A stretch of 64,000 nucleotides of DNA from Octopus vulgaris (taxonomy: Eukaryota). Both the position numbers and the translations under genes were made by a program. Where the stretch lies: the NCBI GenBank assembly GCA_951406725.2, contig OX597820.1, positions 11,408,001 to 11,472,000 on the forward strand. Direction: 5' to 3'. The notes below the pieces were generated by a model, which had not been told where the DNA came from, searched no databases, and was given only the letters and a program-made list of their open reading frames with translations. This document shows positions 1-15,073 of this stretch, piece by piece (positions within the stretch are counted from its first letter, which is position 1; every line of letters starts with the position of its first letter).

Positions 1-6
1 ATATAT

Positions 7-105
<99 letters not shown>

Positions 106-115
106 TATTGATATG

Positions 116-182
<67 letters not shown>
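1..182. repeat. (TA)n microsatellite
   Basis: Directly visible dinucleotide run. Confidence 0.98.
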
Positions 183-185
<3 letters not shown>

Positions 186-186
<1 letters not shown>

Positions 187-689
187 GCAAAATTGATAGA
201 GGTCACATGAGTGATGGACGGTGCTGTCTAGCAGCGCTTATGCTAAAATAAGAGTTAAATTAACTCCAAAGCCACTAAACCATTATACTTAATGACTGAA
301 AAAGGTAGGTAAGTCCCTAGCGTATATAACCGTATCGCGATTTCGAATTTTGGTGTTGAACATCTTAATTTTCATCACCGGCTTTTAACGCCAAGGGTTA
401 AACTCAACTTCCTTTGCCAGTCTTATAAGAAAAACCGTTGAAATCATCTGCTGATGTTCAAAACGGTAAAAGTTTAAACACTAAATTAAAAGGGTGGCTT
501 ATTAGCAATTAGAACCTAAAACCAAAATTGATAGAGGTGACAAAAGTGCCGGAAGATGCGGACTAGCACCGCTTTTGCTAAAAATAAGAATTAAATTAAC
601 TCCAAAGCCACTTAAGCACTATACTTTATGACTGACAAAGGGAGTGTATATAGCCGTATCACGATTTCGAATTTTGGTGTAGACCACCT

Positions 690-690
<1 letters not shown>
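186..690. repeat. Diverged tandem repeat, period about 335 bp (about 1.5 units)
   Basis: CAAAATTGATAGAGG at 188 and 523; TTAAATTAACTCCAAAGCCACT and CGATTTCGAATTTTGGTGT also recur in order. Confidence 0.85.
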
Positions 691-771
<81 letters not shown>

Positions 772-836
772 CAGGCTGACAGACAGACAGACAGACAAAC
801 AGACAGATGGATAGATAGATAGACAGACAGACAGAC

Positions 837-920
<84 letters not shown>
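690..920. repeat. (GATA)n/(GACA)n microsatellite
   Basis: Direct. Confidence 0.98.
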
Positions 921-1366
921 GAAAGTCCTTGATGTACTTTATGTTATGTAACAATTTGGTCCTCCGAAGTATTTATTATTTGGTCGTTCGGCTTACCCAA
1001 ATTAGGAGCCATATTTCTTTCTAGTTACCTGCCATCGATTTGAACACGGAGAAATACAATGGATGATACTGTCGAGGAAAAACATGAAAAACATCCAATT
1101 TAAAAAAAAACGACTTGATCAAAGTGTCACTGCGTTTGACGATAGCACTCTTGGATTAGAGATGACTTAGGGCCAAACGACACCAGCGTTAACATCTGCA
1201 GCCACTCTTGGAAGCCAAGTGCGAAACATAAATAACATAACTCTCCTATAAGTGGTCACGTCACAACGGGCCAACCACTTCCGGTTCGCAATCGCCGCTC
1301 CGAACGCGTAACGATCGTTATTTCTATACGTTTAAGTCTCATTAGTTCTACAATAACATATCGCTT

Positions 1367-2780
<1,414 letters not shown>

Positions 2781-2799
2781 CTTGGTTTAGCTCAGGTTC

Positions 2800-3086
2800 G
2801 GTCTTATTCCTGGTAGAAATTATGTGGGTAGCGGTTTACTACCTGTAACCGTAGGTATCCACAAGTTTTCAACAGTCTTTCAAGGGCTTAGAACCCTCCT
2901 GATAATCCTTGCAATCCCTAAGAGGCAAATTTTCTGTAGGAGCTCTACCAGGCATTCTGTTTCAATCTCCTTCAGTCATTTGTCTACATCTTGGCTTACT
3001 GTTCCCAACGCGCCAATTATTAAAGGCATGACTTTTACTGCTCGCATGCTCCAAATTCTTCCTATTTTAAGCTCTAAGGGTCTGTG
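2800..3086 (-). mobile_element. R4/Dong-clade non-LTR retrotransposon, 3' end (RLE endonuclease C-terminus)
   Basis: Minus-strand translation VMPLIIGALGTVS...LLQKICLLGIARIIRRVL; flanked by (TAA)n, the known Dong target type. Confidence 0.75.
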
Positions 3087-3139
<53 letters not shown>

Positions 3140-3140
<1 letters not shown>

Positions 3141-4460
3141 TTGTTTATTTTTAATCTGCACGTTTGTTGCAATCACTTGCCGAGACTCAGCCAGGGCCCT
3201 ACGGCAAGTGAAGGGTAAGAGATATTACGGTGTCTCCTACCCTGAAAGTTTGTTATGGTATGGCTGCAAGCCTGGGGAGGGGAAGTGGCAGGGGCAGTAG
3301 TGAAATATCTCTGTGTAATAAAACACAGACATTTAAATTAATAGGGTTTTTTTTTCGAAAGGTATGGGCTGAACTTGTAAACAAATTTCTGGATTTCTCT
3401 GAGGCATGATTCTCCTGGGACATTGTCTAGATGCTTCTGACATCAAATTTTTATTATACTTAGGGCACCTACAATAAGAGGAACAATTTTTGCCTAAAGA
3501 TACCACATCTTTTATATTTCAATTTCCAGGTCATTATGTTAACTAAGTAGGTCGAATTCCTTTACAGATATATTTTTTATCAGTGGGAACACTTACATCC
3601 ATTATAGATTACAAGTATTTTCTTCCGTGTTTTTAATAATTATGTCTAGCCGTTCTGTCAGTTTTGACTGGAAAATCGTTAGCTTGGTTGGTGGCAGTGG
3701 TTTCAGGTTCTTAATCTAATTCAGGGTTAATGCCAAGTTTTCTTGCATATTTATAAGCTTCCTTGACAATAGAATGAGACTTTTTACTGCTTTCATGTTT
3801 GCACGCAAGTCGCAGCATCCAGTCCTCTGTACTAGATAAGTACCTGTTCATTGTTATTGTGGAAGTCATATAGCACAGTTCTAATTGCATCATTCCTCTT
3901 TCCCCACCACTTCCAGGTAAGCACAGACGGTCAACGCCTTCTTTTGGGTGGTGCATGCTGTTAGATGTCAATAATTTTCTTGTCTGGCAGAAACGTGAGC
4001 ACGCCTGGCAAAATTCTTAGCGGTATTTCGTCTGCCGTTACGTTCTGAGTTCAAATTCCGCCGATGTCGATTTTGCCCTTCATCTTTCGGGGTCGAAAAA
4101 TTAAGTACCAGTTACGCACTGGGGTCGATGTAATCGACTTAATCCGTTTGTCTGTCCTTGTTTGTTTCCTCTATGTTTAGGCCCTTGTGGGCTATAAAAA
4201 AATAGGTATTTCGTCGGCCTTTACGTTCAGAATTAAAAATTTCTCCGAGGCCGACTTTGCCTTTCATCCTTTCGGGGTTCGATAAATTAAGTACCAGTTG
4301 CGTACTGCAATCGATCTAATCGACTGGCCCCCTCCCCAAAACTTTCGGGCCTTGTACCTAGTGTAGAAAAGAATAACTTTCTTGTCTTTCTGTCCAGGCG
4401 TTGAAGCTCCATAGGATTCCAGTGAATGATGTTAAAACCGTACTGGTCTGCTTGTATTGA
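3140..4460 (-). mobile_element. Decayed R4/Dong-clade retrotransposon (RT C-terminus plus RLE), interrupted by a SINE
   Basis: QYGFNIIHWNPMELQRLDRKTRK; HHPKEGVDRLCLP..GGERG (ORF 3711-3971); DVSVPTDKNISVKEF...VPLIVGAL; contains stops and frameshifts. Confidence 0.8.
3984..4371 (+). mobile_element. SINE family A, dimeric body, with TSD
   Basis: Two core units; TSD AATAAYTTTCTTGTCT at 3970-3985 and 4372-4387. Confidence 0.9.
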
Positions 4461-4515
4461 AAGTGCTGTACGTAGGGTGTATGTGGTATTATTATTATAG
4501 TTATTATCATTATTA

Positions 4516-4570
<55 letters not shown>

Positions 4571-4629
4571 AATTACTATTATTATTACTATTACTATGAT
4601 TATTATTATTATTATCATCATCATCATCA

Positions 4630-4699
<70 letters not shown>

Positions 4700-4703
<4 letters not shown>

Positions 4704-5077
4704 TCCACCTTAGCAAAGGCGGAGGTATTGTTTTCATTCGTGTTAGTTCGTTTGTTTGTTTGTCCTTGGACAAGATACATCGAGAACCGCTGGATGGATT
4801 TGGATGAAACTTTCGGGGTTGTTTGGCTTCGTGACTGGCATGAACTGATTAGATTTTGGGATCGATCCGGTACCGGACAAGGATTCTGGATTATTATTTT
4901 TCCTGTTTTTTTTTTACTTAACTTTTGAGAGCGATCGGGTTCATATTTAGCATTCTCAATTGTGAGAACAGTCGATTTTATTTCAGATATTCTCATTTCA
5001 AAACTCATCTCTGGCTAATCGTTAAGAGGACGTTGGTTTTGCTTTGGCGGAGGTTTGCGCTCTCTGAGTGCTCTTGT
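4700..5077 (+). mobile_element. Helentron-associated / DINE-1-like non-autonomous element
   Basis: Subterminal inverted repeats (ACCTCCACCTT/AAAGGCGGAGGT ... TTTGGCGGAGGT), GTTT tract, 3' hairpin GCGCTCTCTGAGTGC, TT-rich flanks. Confidence 0.65.
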
Positions 5078-5132
5078 TATTATCATTATTATCATTATTA
5101 TTATTATTATCATTATTATTATTATTATTATT

Positions 5133-5195
<63 letters not shown>

Positions 5196-5197
5196 AT

Positions 5198-6376
5198 TGC
5201 CCTGTTTCGTGGCTGGTCAAGCTAGAGCGCAGCTTTTCCAATTTATGTGGAAGAGATGTGTTCCACTCGTCCGCCGGTACATCTGTCGTCAACAGCCACT
5301 GAGTGGAGGACGTGGCATGCCGTGGCTAATGATGCGCAGACATGCACTGAGGCTGCGAATTCTCCAGCGTTTTCATAACAGTGAGCGGTTTGTCAGACAG
5401 GATTTTTCGCAGCGCGTCTCATTGATGGAGATAGAGTCCTGGATCAAGTGTAAACCAAAAAGGGATGCTTGACACTTGGAGTGTCGACAAGCGCTCACAG
5501 CCTTCAACCAGCCAGTTAATGCGATCGGTGGAAGTTCCACAATGGAGTTCTATATGGGATAGCGACAACATTTTCGAGGAAACTCTGGGCGACGGGAGGG
5601 ATCAATTAGTTAGTCTTTTCCGGGGGATTATGGGCCGGATCCCATGGATAATTTCCAAAAGTTCCTAATCTAGCAAAGATACCGCTCTACAGATACAGAA
5701 GTGCTGTCAGACGGACCTGCTCGAGATATGCGCAGGGATCAATTAGTTAGTCTTTTCCGGGGGACTTTTTGGCCGGAGCCCATGGATAATTTCCAAAAGT
5801 CCCTAATCTAGCAAAGATACCGCTCTACAGATACAGAAGTGCTGTCAGAAGGACCTGCCCGAGATGTGCGCAGGGATCAATTAGTTAGTCTTTTCTGGGG
5901 ATTATGGGCCGGATCCCATGGATAATTTCCAAAAGTCCCTAATCTAGCAAAGATACCGCTCTACAGATACAGAAGTGCTGTCAGACGGACCTGCCCGAGA
6001 TGTGCACAGGGCGACGAAACCGTCGTTCATGCACTCGTCCAATGTCCGGGTATTATTGACTCATAGAGCTTTGTCGAACAGCTGTTGACGTATGTAGGAC
6101 GGATCCGGTTATTAGCCGAGTTTATCGTGAAGATTGCCCCGCCGCCTTGTTTTTAAACCGAGAAGGATGGGCAGTTTTCCTCTGTCTGGTAGCTATGGCG
6201 ATGGAGGTGGTGTGGTGGACGAGATTGAAAGGACTGAATACGGATACATTCCTCTTCGGTCAAGTCCGCATCGACTTTGTCAAGTTCCACTTGAAAAGGA
6301 AAGTGAGAGTGGAGAGGGAGGTACGGCTCCCACAGTATTTCTGTTGAAAAGTGGAGGAATGTGGCCAGGATGGCCC
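5198..6376 (+). mobile_element. Decayed Tx1/L1-clade LINE fragment (post-RT region plus C-terminal CCHC zinc finger)
   Basis: CPVSWLVKLER, GGRGMPWLMMRRHALRL, TCPRC..GDETVVHALVQCP, WWTRLKGL; homologous to the copy at 41160-42623. Confidence 0.8.
5597..6010 (+). repeat. Internal triplication, 137-138 bp unit, within the Tx1 fragment
   Basis: AGGGATCAATTAGTTAGTC at 5597, 5734 and 5872. Confidence 0.92.
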
Positions 6377-6473
6377 AACATGGCCACAGCCTTGGGGTTG
6401 AAACGTATAAAGGAATAAAAGAATAAAAGAATAGACTCACCAAGATAATTATGACAATAATGATGAGGAACAT

Positions 6474-6530
6474 GATTATCATCACCATCATCATCATCAT
6501 CATCATCCCCATCATCGCCATTATCATCGG

Positions 6531-6591
<61 letters not shown>

Positions 6592-6614
6592 GTCATCATC
6601 GCCATTATCATCGG

Positions 6615-6654
<40 letters not shown>

Positions 6655-6729
6655 GTCACCATCATCATCATCATCATCATCATCATCGTCATCATCATCA
6701 TCATCATCATCATCGTCATCATCGCCATT

Positions 6730-6820
<91 letters not shown>
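6474..6820. repeat. (CAT)n microsatellite
   Basis: Direct. Confidence 0.97.
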
Positions 6821-6821
<1 letters not shown>

Positions 6822-7121
6822 TAGTGTTAATATTATCATTATTACTATTGCTATTACTACTGCTACCACTGCTACCACTAGAACTACTACTATTACTGTT
6901 ACTACAACTACTTATGAAGCACACGCACTCCAAAGGCCATTAATATTGTAGGGTATTTATCAGCATCCATCTACTTCATCTTTTTGACAGTCTGATAACT
7001 AGCCGTCCAAATATGACCAACCAGCAAAAGGAAATAGCAGGATGAAAATAAACCAGAAAGGAAATGAAAACATAGGAAGATGCTAAAAACATAATTATCC
7101 ATTGTGTATGTGTATATATAT

Positions 7122-7171
<50 letters not shown>

Positions 7172-7863
7172 AATAAAATATATTTCCTAATGATCATTGC
7201 TAGTTAGTCTTAGAACTCTCAAGGGCGGGGAGTTAGCAGAATCGTTAGCGCAGCGCCCTCAATTTGCTTAGCAGCATTTCCTCTGGCGTATAATATTCAG
7301 AGTTCAAATACCGCCGAGGTCAGCTTTGCCTTTCATCCTTTCGTGGGGGTCGATATAATGATTATCAGTCGACGCGAGCAACCGACTCACAGCCCACTAT
7401 CATTGCTGGTCTTATACCAAAATTTAAAGCCAAAACGGCAGCGAGATGGCAGAATCGCGATCGATTCGAACAAGATGCTTTGAAGTAGTTTTTCAGGCAC
7501 ATATGTTCTGATTGAAATGCCGCCAAGATCGCCTTTGCCTTTCGTCTTTTCAGTTAAGCATTGGGAGGCGATGTCACCGATTAACCATCTCCAACAAAAT
7601 TATAGGCCTTGTAACCTATAGTTAAAAGCATATTCTCTTTTACTCTCCTTTACTTGTTTCAGTCATTTGACTGCGGCCATGCTGGAGCACCGCCTTTAGT
7701 CGAGCAAATCGATCCCAGGACTTATTCTTTGGAAGCCTAGTACTTTTTCTATCGGTCTGTTTTGCCGAACCGCTAAGTTACGGGGACGTAAACACACCAC
7801 CATCGATTGTCAAGCGATGTTGGGGGACAAACACAGACACACAAACATATACACATACATACA

Positions 7864-7916
<53 letters not shown>

Positions 7917-7945
7917 CAAAATAAAAACATGAGGCCAAGGATTCA

Positions 7946-8023
7946 GCGGTACATATGTTTCGGGCCTTTATTAGACGGATTTATAACAATGCATAATGTG
8001 TGTCTATGGCCTTCTTCAGCCGC
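7946..8023 (-). ncRNA. Type I hammerhead ribozyme
   Basis: GCGG-CUGAAGA-A-GGCC...GGCC-C-GAAAC-AUAU-GUA|CCGC. Confidence 0.8.
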
Positions 8024-9502
8024 GCACAATTACTACCTCAAGGACATGTATTACATCAAAAATTCTACGTTGGGGATGCAAATCCTCTCATTCGCGTACG
8101 ACATAATGCGGCAACAGCATAAAAATGAAGCGTCCATCTCGTCCTTCTCTCAATGTAGAATGAGGAAGTTTGGATGTTGAGGTAATATAAATAAATGAAT
8201 AAATAAATATATACATATATAAATACAGACAGACGTGAAGGAACCTGGTAATAAGAGTAAATAGGGATAAAGATGGAGGGGCGAGAATGCAGGACGAAGG
8301 ATAAAAAAATATAAAAATGTGAAAAATAAGAATATAAGTACAGAAAAATATAAAAATATAGGGTATAAAGATATAAAGAGATATAGAAATATAAAAGAAT
8401 ATAAAGATATAAAGTTATAAAAAATAAAAGTTATAAAAAAATATTTTAAAAAATTATCAGAAATATAAAGGATATAAGAATATGGAAATGTAAAAGAATA
8501 TAAGGATAAGGGATATAAAGTTGTTACAGACCAACATGGTGGTCAGGAAAATGACAAATTCTGGTTGTAGAAGCCGTGGGTGTCATAAATCAACCGGGGC
8601 GTCTGGGGACCTAAACCGCTTATCTAGTTCCTCGTAACGTATCAAGTGGTCATCATGTACATACGTACACGCATGGATACATACATACATACACCCCATA
8701 TACACCCCAGATATATCTGTATATGTTTACATGAGAGTACGTATGTATGCTTGTATGCGTGTAGTTGCGTATGCGTGCGTATATGTACGCGTGTATATGG
8801 GTGTATGTATCCATGCGTGTACGTATGTACATGATGACCACTTGATATGTTACGAGGAACTAGATAAGCGGTTTAACCAAACAACTCTAATTTACAATAC
8901 ACTAGTAGACTAGGTCCCCAGACGCCCCGGTTGATTTATGACACCCACGGCTTCTACAACCAGAATTTGTCATTTTCCTGACCACCATGTTGGTCCGTAA
9001 CAACTTTATATCCCTTATCCTTATATTCTTTTACATTTCTATATTCTTATATCCTTTATATTTCTGATAATTCTTTTTATATTTTTTTATATTTTTTTAA
9101 TATTTTTTTATAACTTTATATCTTTATATTCATTTATATTTTTTATATCTCTTTATATCTTTATACCCTATAGTTTTATATTTTTCTATACATATATTCT
9201 TATTTTTCACATTTTTATATTTTTTTATCCTTCGTCCTGAATTCTCGCCCCTCCATCTTTATCCCTATTTACTCTTATTACCAGGTTCCTTCACGTCTGT
9301 CTGTATTTATATATGTATATATTTATTTATTCATTTATTTATATTACCTCAACATCCAAACTTCCTCATTCTACATTGAGAGGACGAGATGGACGCTTCA
9401 TTTTTATGCTGTTGCCGCAGTATGTCGTATGCGAATGAGAGGATTTGCATCCCCAACATAGAATTTTTGATGTAATACATGTCCTTGGGGTAGTAATTGT
9501 GC

Positions 9503-9580
9503 GCGGCTGAAGAAGGCCATAGACACACATTATGCATTGTTATAAATCCGTCTAATAAAGGCCCGAAACATATGTACCGC
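9503..9580 (+). ncRNA. Type I hammerhead ribozyme
   Basis: GCGG CTGAAGA (9507-9513) ... GAAAC ATAT GTA (9574-9576) CCGC. Confidence 0.8.
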
Positions 9581-9685
9581 TGAATCCTTGGCATCATGTT
9601 TTTATTTTGATTAATTTACTCCACCACCTACACCACCAAACGGTATATACAGGTGCTTACAATTATCAAGTACTCACCCTGAATT

Positions 9686-9760
<75 letters not shown>

Positions 9761-10032
9761 GACGAGCTTCTTTCAGTTTCTGTCTTCCAATTACACTCAC
9801 AAGGCTTTTTGGTTGGCTCGAGGCTATAGTAGAAGACACTTGCCCAAGGTGCCAATTATTGAACTAGGAACTCATAAAGGCGGCGACCTGGCAGGATCGT
9901 TAGCGCGTCGAACAAGATGTTGAGCAGCTTTTTATTTTCTTTTATTTTTTTACTTTTTCCTGCACATAAAGTTCAAATTCCGCTATGGCCAACTTACTTT
10001 TCATATTTTCGGGTTCGACTAAATTAAGAAGT

Positions 10033-10157
10033 AATCTAGTACTGGGTTAATGTAACCGATTACATTAACCCAGTACTAGATTGGGTTAATTGCTAGCCTT
10101 GTTTTAATTGGGTTAATTGCTAGCCATGTTTTAATTGGGTTAATTGCTAGCCTTGTT
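10033..10157. repeat. Perfect 23-bp-arm hairpin followed by a 27-bp triplication
   Basis: AATCTAGTACTGGGTTAATGTAA-CCGA-reverse complement, then (ATTGGGTTAATTGCTAGCCWTGTTTTA)x3. Confidence 0.9.
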
Positions 10158-10204
10158 CCAAAATATTTAGAAGAAGGTTTAGAAATCTTTATTAATTCCA
10201 TATA

Positions 10205-10785
10205 TAGTGTACCATACGAACAAGGCTTGAAATATTGGAAGAAGGGACTAGCCAATTGCATCGATCCTAGTACTTGACTTGGGCTTATAGATCCCAAAAG
10301 GATAGAATGCAAAGTCGATCTCGGCGGAATTAGAACTCAGAACGGAAATAGAGACGATATATCTATTTCTATTTCTTTGCTACCCACAAGGGGCTAAACA
10401 CAGAGAGGACAAACAAGGACAGACAAACGGATTAAGTCGATTATATCGACTCCAGTGTGTAACTGGTGCTTATTTTATCGATCCCGAAAGGATGAAAGGC
10501 AAAGTCGACCTCGGCGGAATTTGAACTCAGAACGTAGCGGCAGACAAAACACCTATTTCTTTACTACCCACAAGGAGCTAAACACAGAGAGGACAAATAA
10601 GGACAGACAAACGGATTAAGCCGATTATATCAACCAGAGAGCGTAATTCGTGCTTATTTAATCGACCCCGAAAGGATGAAAGGCAAAGTCGACCTCGGCG
10701 GAATTTGAACTCAGAACGGAAATAGAGACGAAATATCGTCAACCATTTTGTCCTGCGTGCAAACGATTCTACAAGATCGCTGCCA
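10205..10785 (-). mobile_element. SINE family A, multimeric
   Basis: Three GTCGAYCTCGGCGGAATT..AACTC cores about 185 bp apart. Confidence 0.88.
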
Positions 10786-11470
10786 TTTGCAATTTCTATA
10801 ATACATACTTTTTAAATGGAAAATCTTTTGATTGGTTAACTACGAACCGCAGTTAATGTATTTCGCAGCAGCGCTCTTCTTTTTAAATTTAATTCGCAAT
10901 TTTCAAGTATGCATTGCATAATAGATACATTTTAAATAGCGTTTTTCAAAAATTGTTCTTTGTGACTGACAAAAGTATATTTTTGGCGCCTCTTCTTTAG
11001 TTCCGCTTTATAATTTTTCTTTTCATTTCTCCACCCTTTTATGTTTATCAGTTCCGATGCGTAAACTATGTCTTTGTTCAAAGACATTCCAGCGATGTCC
11101 TTCCTGTCATTTCAGTGCTATGTCAAAGACTACGTTGTCCATTGGGTCGTTTACTTAGATAACACCGCTGGTATTTCTAGCAGGGTGGTTACCGCATATG
11201 GGCTCCAATGGCGTGAAATGAAGTCACGGCAAAATATTCCATTCAAATACCATGAATAATAGTTCAAATGAAATGGATATTATTTATGCCGGTCGTTCAC
11301 TGACAATGCATAACCTCCACACGTTGACAACACAATTGATATTCTGTGAAAGCAAATCATTATATATTTATGAGCATCTGTGTGTGTGTGTGTCTGTGTC
11401 TGTGTGTGTGTGTGTGTGTGTGCGTGTGTGTGCGTGTGTGTGTTTGTATGTGCATGTGTGCGTGTGTGTG

Positions 11471-11514
<44 letters not shown>

Positions 11515-12150
11515 TGTGTGCGTGTGTGTGTGTGTGTGTGCAAAAAAGCGACAAAAACTCGAGTGTTAGTTTGACGTTCGGTGAAAGTTTTAGATGGAAT
11601 ATTATGAATAAAAATATGACGTTCCGACTATGGCTATTCGTTGGATGAAGGAAGAAAGTCTAGAAATGTGGAAAAAGAGGAAGGGATGCATAATCAAAAG
11701 AAAAGTAAGTCGGTGGCTGCATGGTCAAGAAACATATGACCATCTACACACAAACACATACATACACACACAACCACAAACACATACACACACATGTATG
11801 CATGTATGTATGTGTGTGCATGCTTGTATGTATGTATGTATGTATGTATGTATGTATGTATGTATGTATGTATGTATGTATGTGTGTGTGTATGTATGTA
11901 TCAATGTATGTATGTATGTGTGTATGTATGTGCGTGTATGCATGTATGTATGTGTGTGTATATATGTGTTTATGTATGTATGTATTATGCATTACGTATG
12001 TATGTTTAGTTATCAGATGAGAAGAATAAAAAAAGTTGTTACATAACTTTAATCAAGGTTACAATTTTCCTTACTTGACATTTTGTTTTACACCAACATT
12101 GAGCAAAGTATTCGTTTAAATTTCTTTAACCTCTAATTTCTTTCACTACA

Positions 12151-12532
12151 GGCGCAGGCTTGGCTGTGTGGTAAGAAGCTTGCAGCCCAATCACATGGTT
12201 CCGGGTTCGACCCCACTGCTTAGTACCTTTGGCAAGAGTCTTCTACTATAGCCTTGGCCCGGCCAATGCTTTGTGAGTAGATTTGGTCGACGGAAATTGA
12301 AAGAAGCCCGTCGTATATATGTATATGTATGTGTTTGTGTATCTGTGTTTGTTCCCCACCGTCGCTTGACAACTGATGGTGTGTTTATGTCGCCGTAATA
12401 TAGCGGTTCCGCAAAAGACACCGATAAAATAAGTACTAGGCCTACAAAGAATAAGTCCTGGCGTCGATGTGTTCGACTAAAGGCGGTGCTCCAGCATGGC
12501 CGCAAGCAAAAGACTGAAACAAGTAAAAGAAT
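12151..12532 (+). mobile_element. SINE family B, full length (tRNA head, CORE-like CCTTKGGCAAG, 3' tail CAGCATGGCCGCA..TGAAACAAGTAAAAGA)
   Basis: A-box TGGCTGTGTGG, B-box GGTTCGACCC; other copies or fragments at 13478-13633(-), 17185-17317, 25656-26033, 53810-53965, 62852-62975, 63180-63342(-). Confidence 0.88.
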
Positions 12533-13020
12533 ATGTGTGTGTGTGTGTGTGTGTGTTAGATAATAAATAGTAGGGTTAAGCACCTTCACTTTCACAGAGT
12601 TCGTTGTATATTTGGGAGGTACGAGAATTTTTATTAATTACTACAATTGTTTTGACCCATCCAGCATCGATCTCTCGCAGGTGAGATACTTAACAACAGG
12701 TTTAGGAACATCCGTCGGTGTAGATGTGTCTCTTTGGGTGAAAATTAGGTATAACTCGTTAAAATAACAACTGTTCCGCAAGTTATCTTCTCGGTTCGCG
12801 TAAATAAAAGCAACAAATTAAAGGATATAGCTTCATTTATATGGAAGATCATTAATAAAAAAGATAACAGATGCCAAAAGGAAACGAATACTCAATACAG
12901 CGAAAAACAATATTAAATATAACCGTTACGGTGGGGGGGGGGGGCACAGACACAAACACATACACGTGCGCGCGCGCACGCACACACACACACATACACA
13001 CATATATATATATATATATA

Positions 13021-13332
13021 TCACCGTGAACACCGTGACCGACCAGGCTATCAGATGTTGCTACACATCGCTGGTCACAATGCGCTTCGCATTGTTTTAG
13101 TCTTCAAATGACGCCATCCTACTGACTAAGCGAGCAGGCCAACAGAAAAAAGAGTGAGAGAGAAAGTTGTGGCGAAAGAGTTCAGCAGTGATCGCCACCA
13201 CCCTTTGCCGGAGCCTCGTGGAGCTTTAGGTGTTTTCACTCACTAAACACTCAGAACGCCCGGTCTGGGAATCGAAACTGCGATCCTAATACCGCGAGTC
13301 CGCTGCCCTAATCACTGGGCCATTGCGCCTCC
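13021..13332 (-). mobile_element. SINE family C (GGAGGCGCAATGGCCCAG tRNA head)
   Basis: A/B boxes; matches the copies at 33235 and 45721. Confidence 0.88.
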
Positions 13333-13384
13333 ACACACACAACACACAAATACACATAACACACGCAACCACACACACACACAT

Positions 13385-13471
<87 letters not shown>

Positions 13472-13669
13472 TGTACACGGCACGCTTGTTTCAGTTTCCG
13501 TTTGCCAAATCTACTCACAAGGCTTTGGTCGGCCCGAGGTTATGATAGAAGGCACCCAAGGTGCCACGCAGTGGGATTGAACCCGGAACCATGCGGCTGA
13601 GAAGCAAACTTTTTACAAAACCACGCCTGCGCCTAAATGCATGTACAAGTATGTAACTATTTCTCTCTA

Positions 13670-13815
<146 letters not shown>

Positions 13816-13862
13816 CATACATACATACATACATGTATATATACATAAATATATATATAAGT

Positions 13863-13917
<55 letters not shown>

Positions 13918-14830
13918 CATATATATATCTATAAGCATAAGTATGTATGTATATATAAATATACACATACATACACATACATGTATATAAAGAGAAGAGA
14001 AAGCGAGAGGAGAGAGAGAGAGGGGCTCATAGGCGCATATATTTAGATACGTAACTGCATTGTCTTGGCTCCGTTGTAATAAATTAATCCTCAGACACTG
14101 AACTTGACTACAACAAACAGATTATGTCGTAAAGTAAGATTACATTGTAGTAATTAGCGAGTTTATTGAAATATCATTGCAGCAGAACTTAAAAACCGTA
14201 GCAGAACTTTTTCTGAGATGGATATTGAGTAACGCTGAAGCATTTCTCAAGAGGTTTGGTTTCACAAGCGATCTTAGTACGTCAATTATGTCATGTGCAC
14301 CAGCGTTGCTCTTTGAATTGTTTATTGGTTAGAGTGTCTGCATGCGAATGCATAAATATATTTTGTAGCTTTAATGTCAGTCTGAGAGAATGTTTTAAAA
14401 ACGAAACACAAATATTTAGTCCAACTTAATATTTAGCGTGGGACGTGTTTCATTTTCTTTCTATTCGCTATTTAGTTTTTATTTATTCGTTATATTTCTT
14501 TTCTCATCTCAGACAGTAATGGAATTTCTACAATTCTAGTTTCTGGGAACAAGTGATGACGTATATTATTCCTCAAGATGCAGGCCAGAAGTCGGCTTTG
14601 ATTGCTCAGCAACTTAGATGCGGTTTTTTTTTTATTTATTTTTCTTTTAAAGCTGTTTCAGTTCGTTTTATCTTCCTCCTTTTTTGATTCTGCTTTCGTC
14701 ATCTTCTTTTTATCTTATTCTCGTTCTTTTTATTTTATTTCTGTTTCTTTTTAGATATATTTTTGAATATACTGCAGCACACGGTACACCATATTATTTA
14801 GCTGTCAACCAAAACATACGTGTCAGTGTG

Positions 14831-14869
<39 letters not shown>

Positions 14870-14870
14870 T

Positions 14871-14946
<76 letters not shown>

Positions 14947-14990
14947 TATGAAAGAAAGGAGTTGAACGACAAATTAACAAAATTCCTTTA

Positions 14991-15073
14991 TTTTCGACAT
15001 ATGTTTCGAAGGCTGCATATTCCTAATTGCAAAGGAATAAGGAGTATATTATGCCGCTTTCTCATCAGGAAAA
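14991..15073 (-). ncRNA. Type I hammerhead ribozyme (canonical core)
   Basis: UUUUC-CUGAUGA-G...C-GAAAC-AUAU-GUC|GAAAA. Confidence 0.85.

Larger units (their letters stand above)
7915..9686. mobile_element. Head-to-head inverted PLE-type non-coding element with an HHR in each arm
   Basis: Arms about 7915-8705 and about 8790-9611 are near-identical reverse complements (mirror ORFs 7929+/9349-); right-hand extension to about 9686; microsatellite flanks. Confidence 0.85.
7635..9855 (-). mobile_element. SINE family B (CORE-like), split by an inverted HHR element inserted in its internal (TA)n
   Basis: 3' half at 7635-7860 and 5' part at 9757-9855 match the intact copy at 12151-12532. Confidence 0.8.

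Noticed and set aside
6153-6951. Poly-Met/Asp/Ile ORFs
   Set aside because: Translations of (CAT)n.
7929-9597. Twin 82-83 aa ORFs (MRPRIQRYICFGP...) as duplicated genes
   Set aside because: Mirror images produced by the palindrome; they are antisense to the HHR and have no recognisable domain.
12151-12230. tRNA genes at SINE heads (also 13260-13332, 33235, 45721, 52374)
   Set aside because: A/B boxes run into SINE bodies with tails or TSDs; no complete cloverleaf with acceptor stem.
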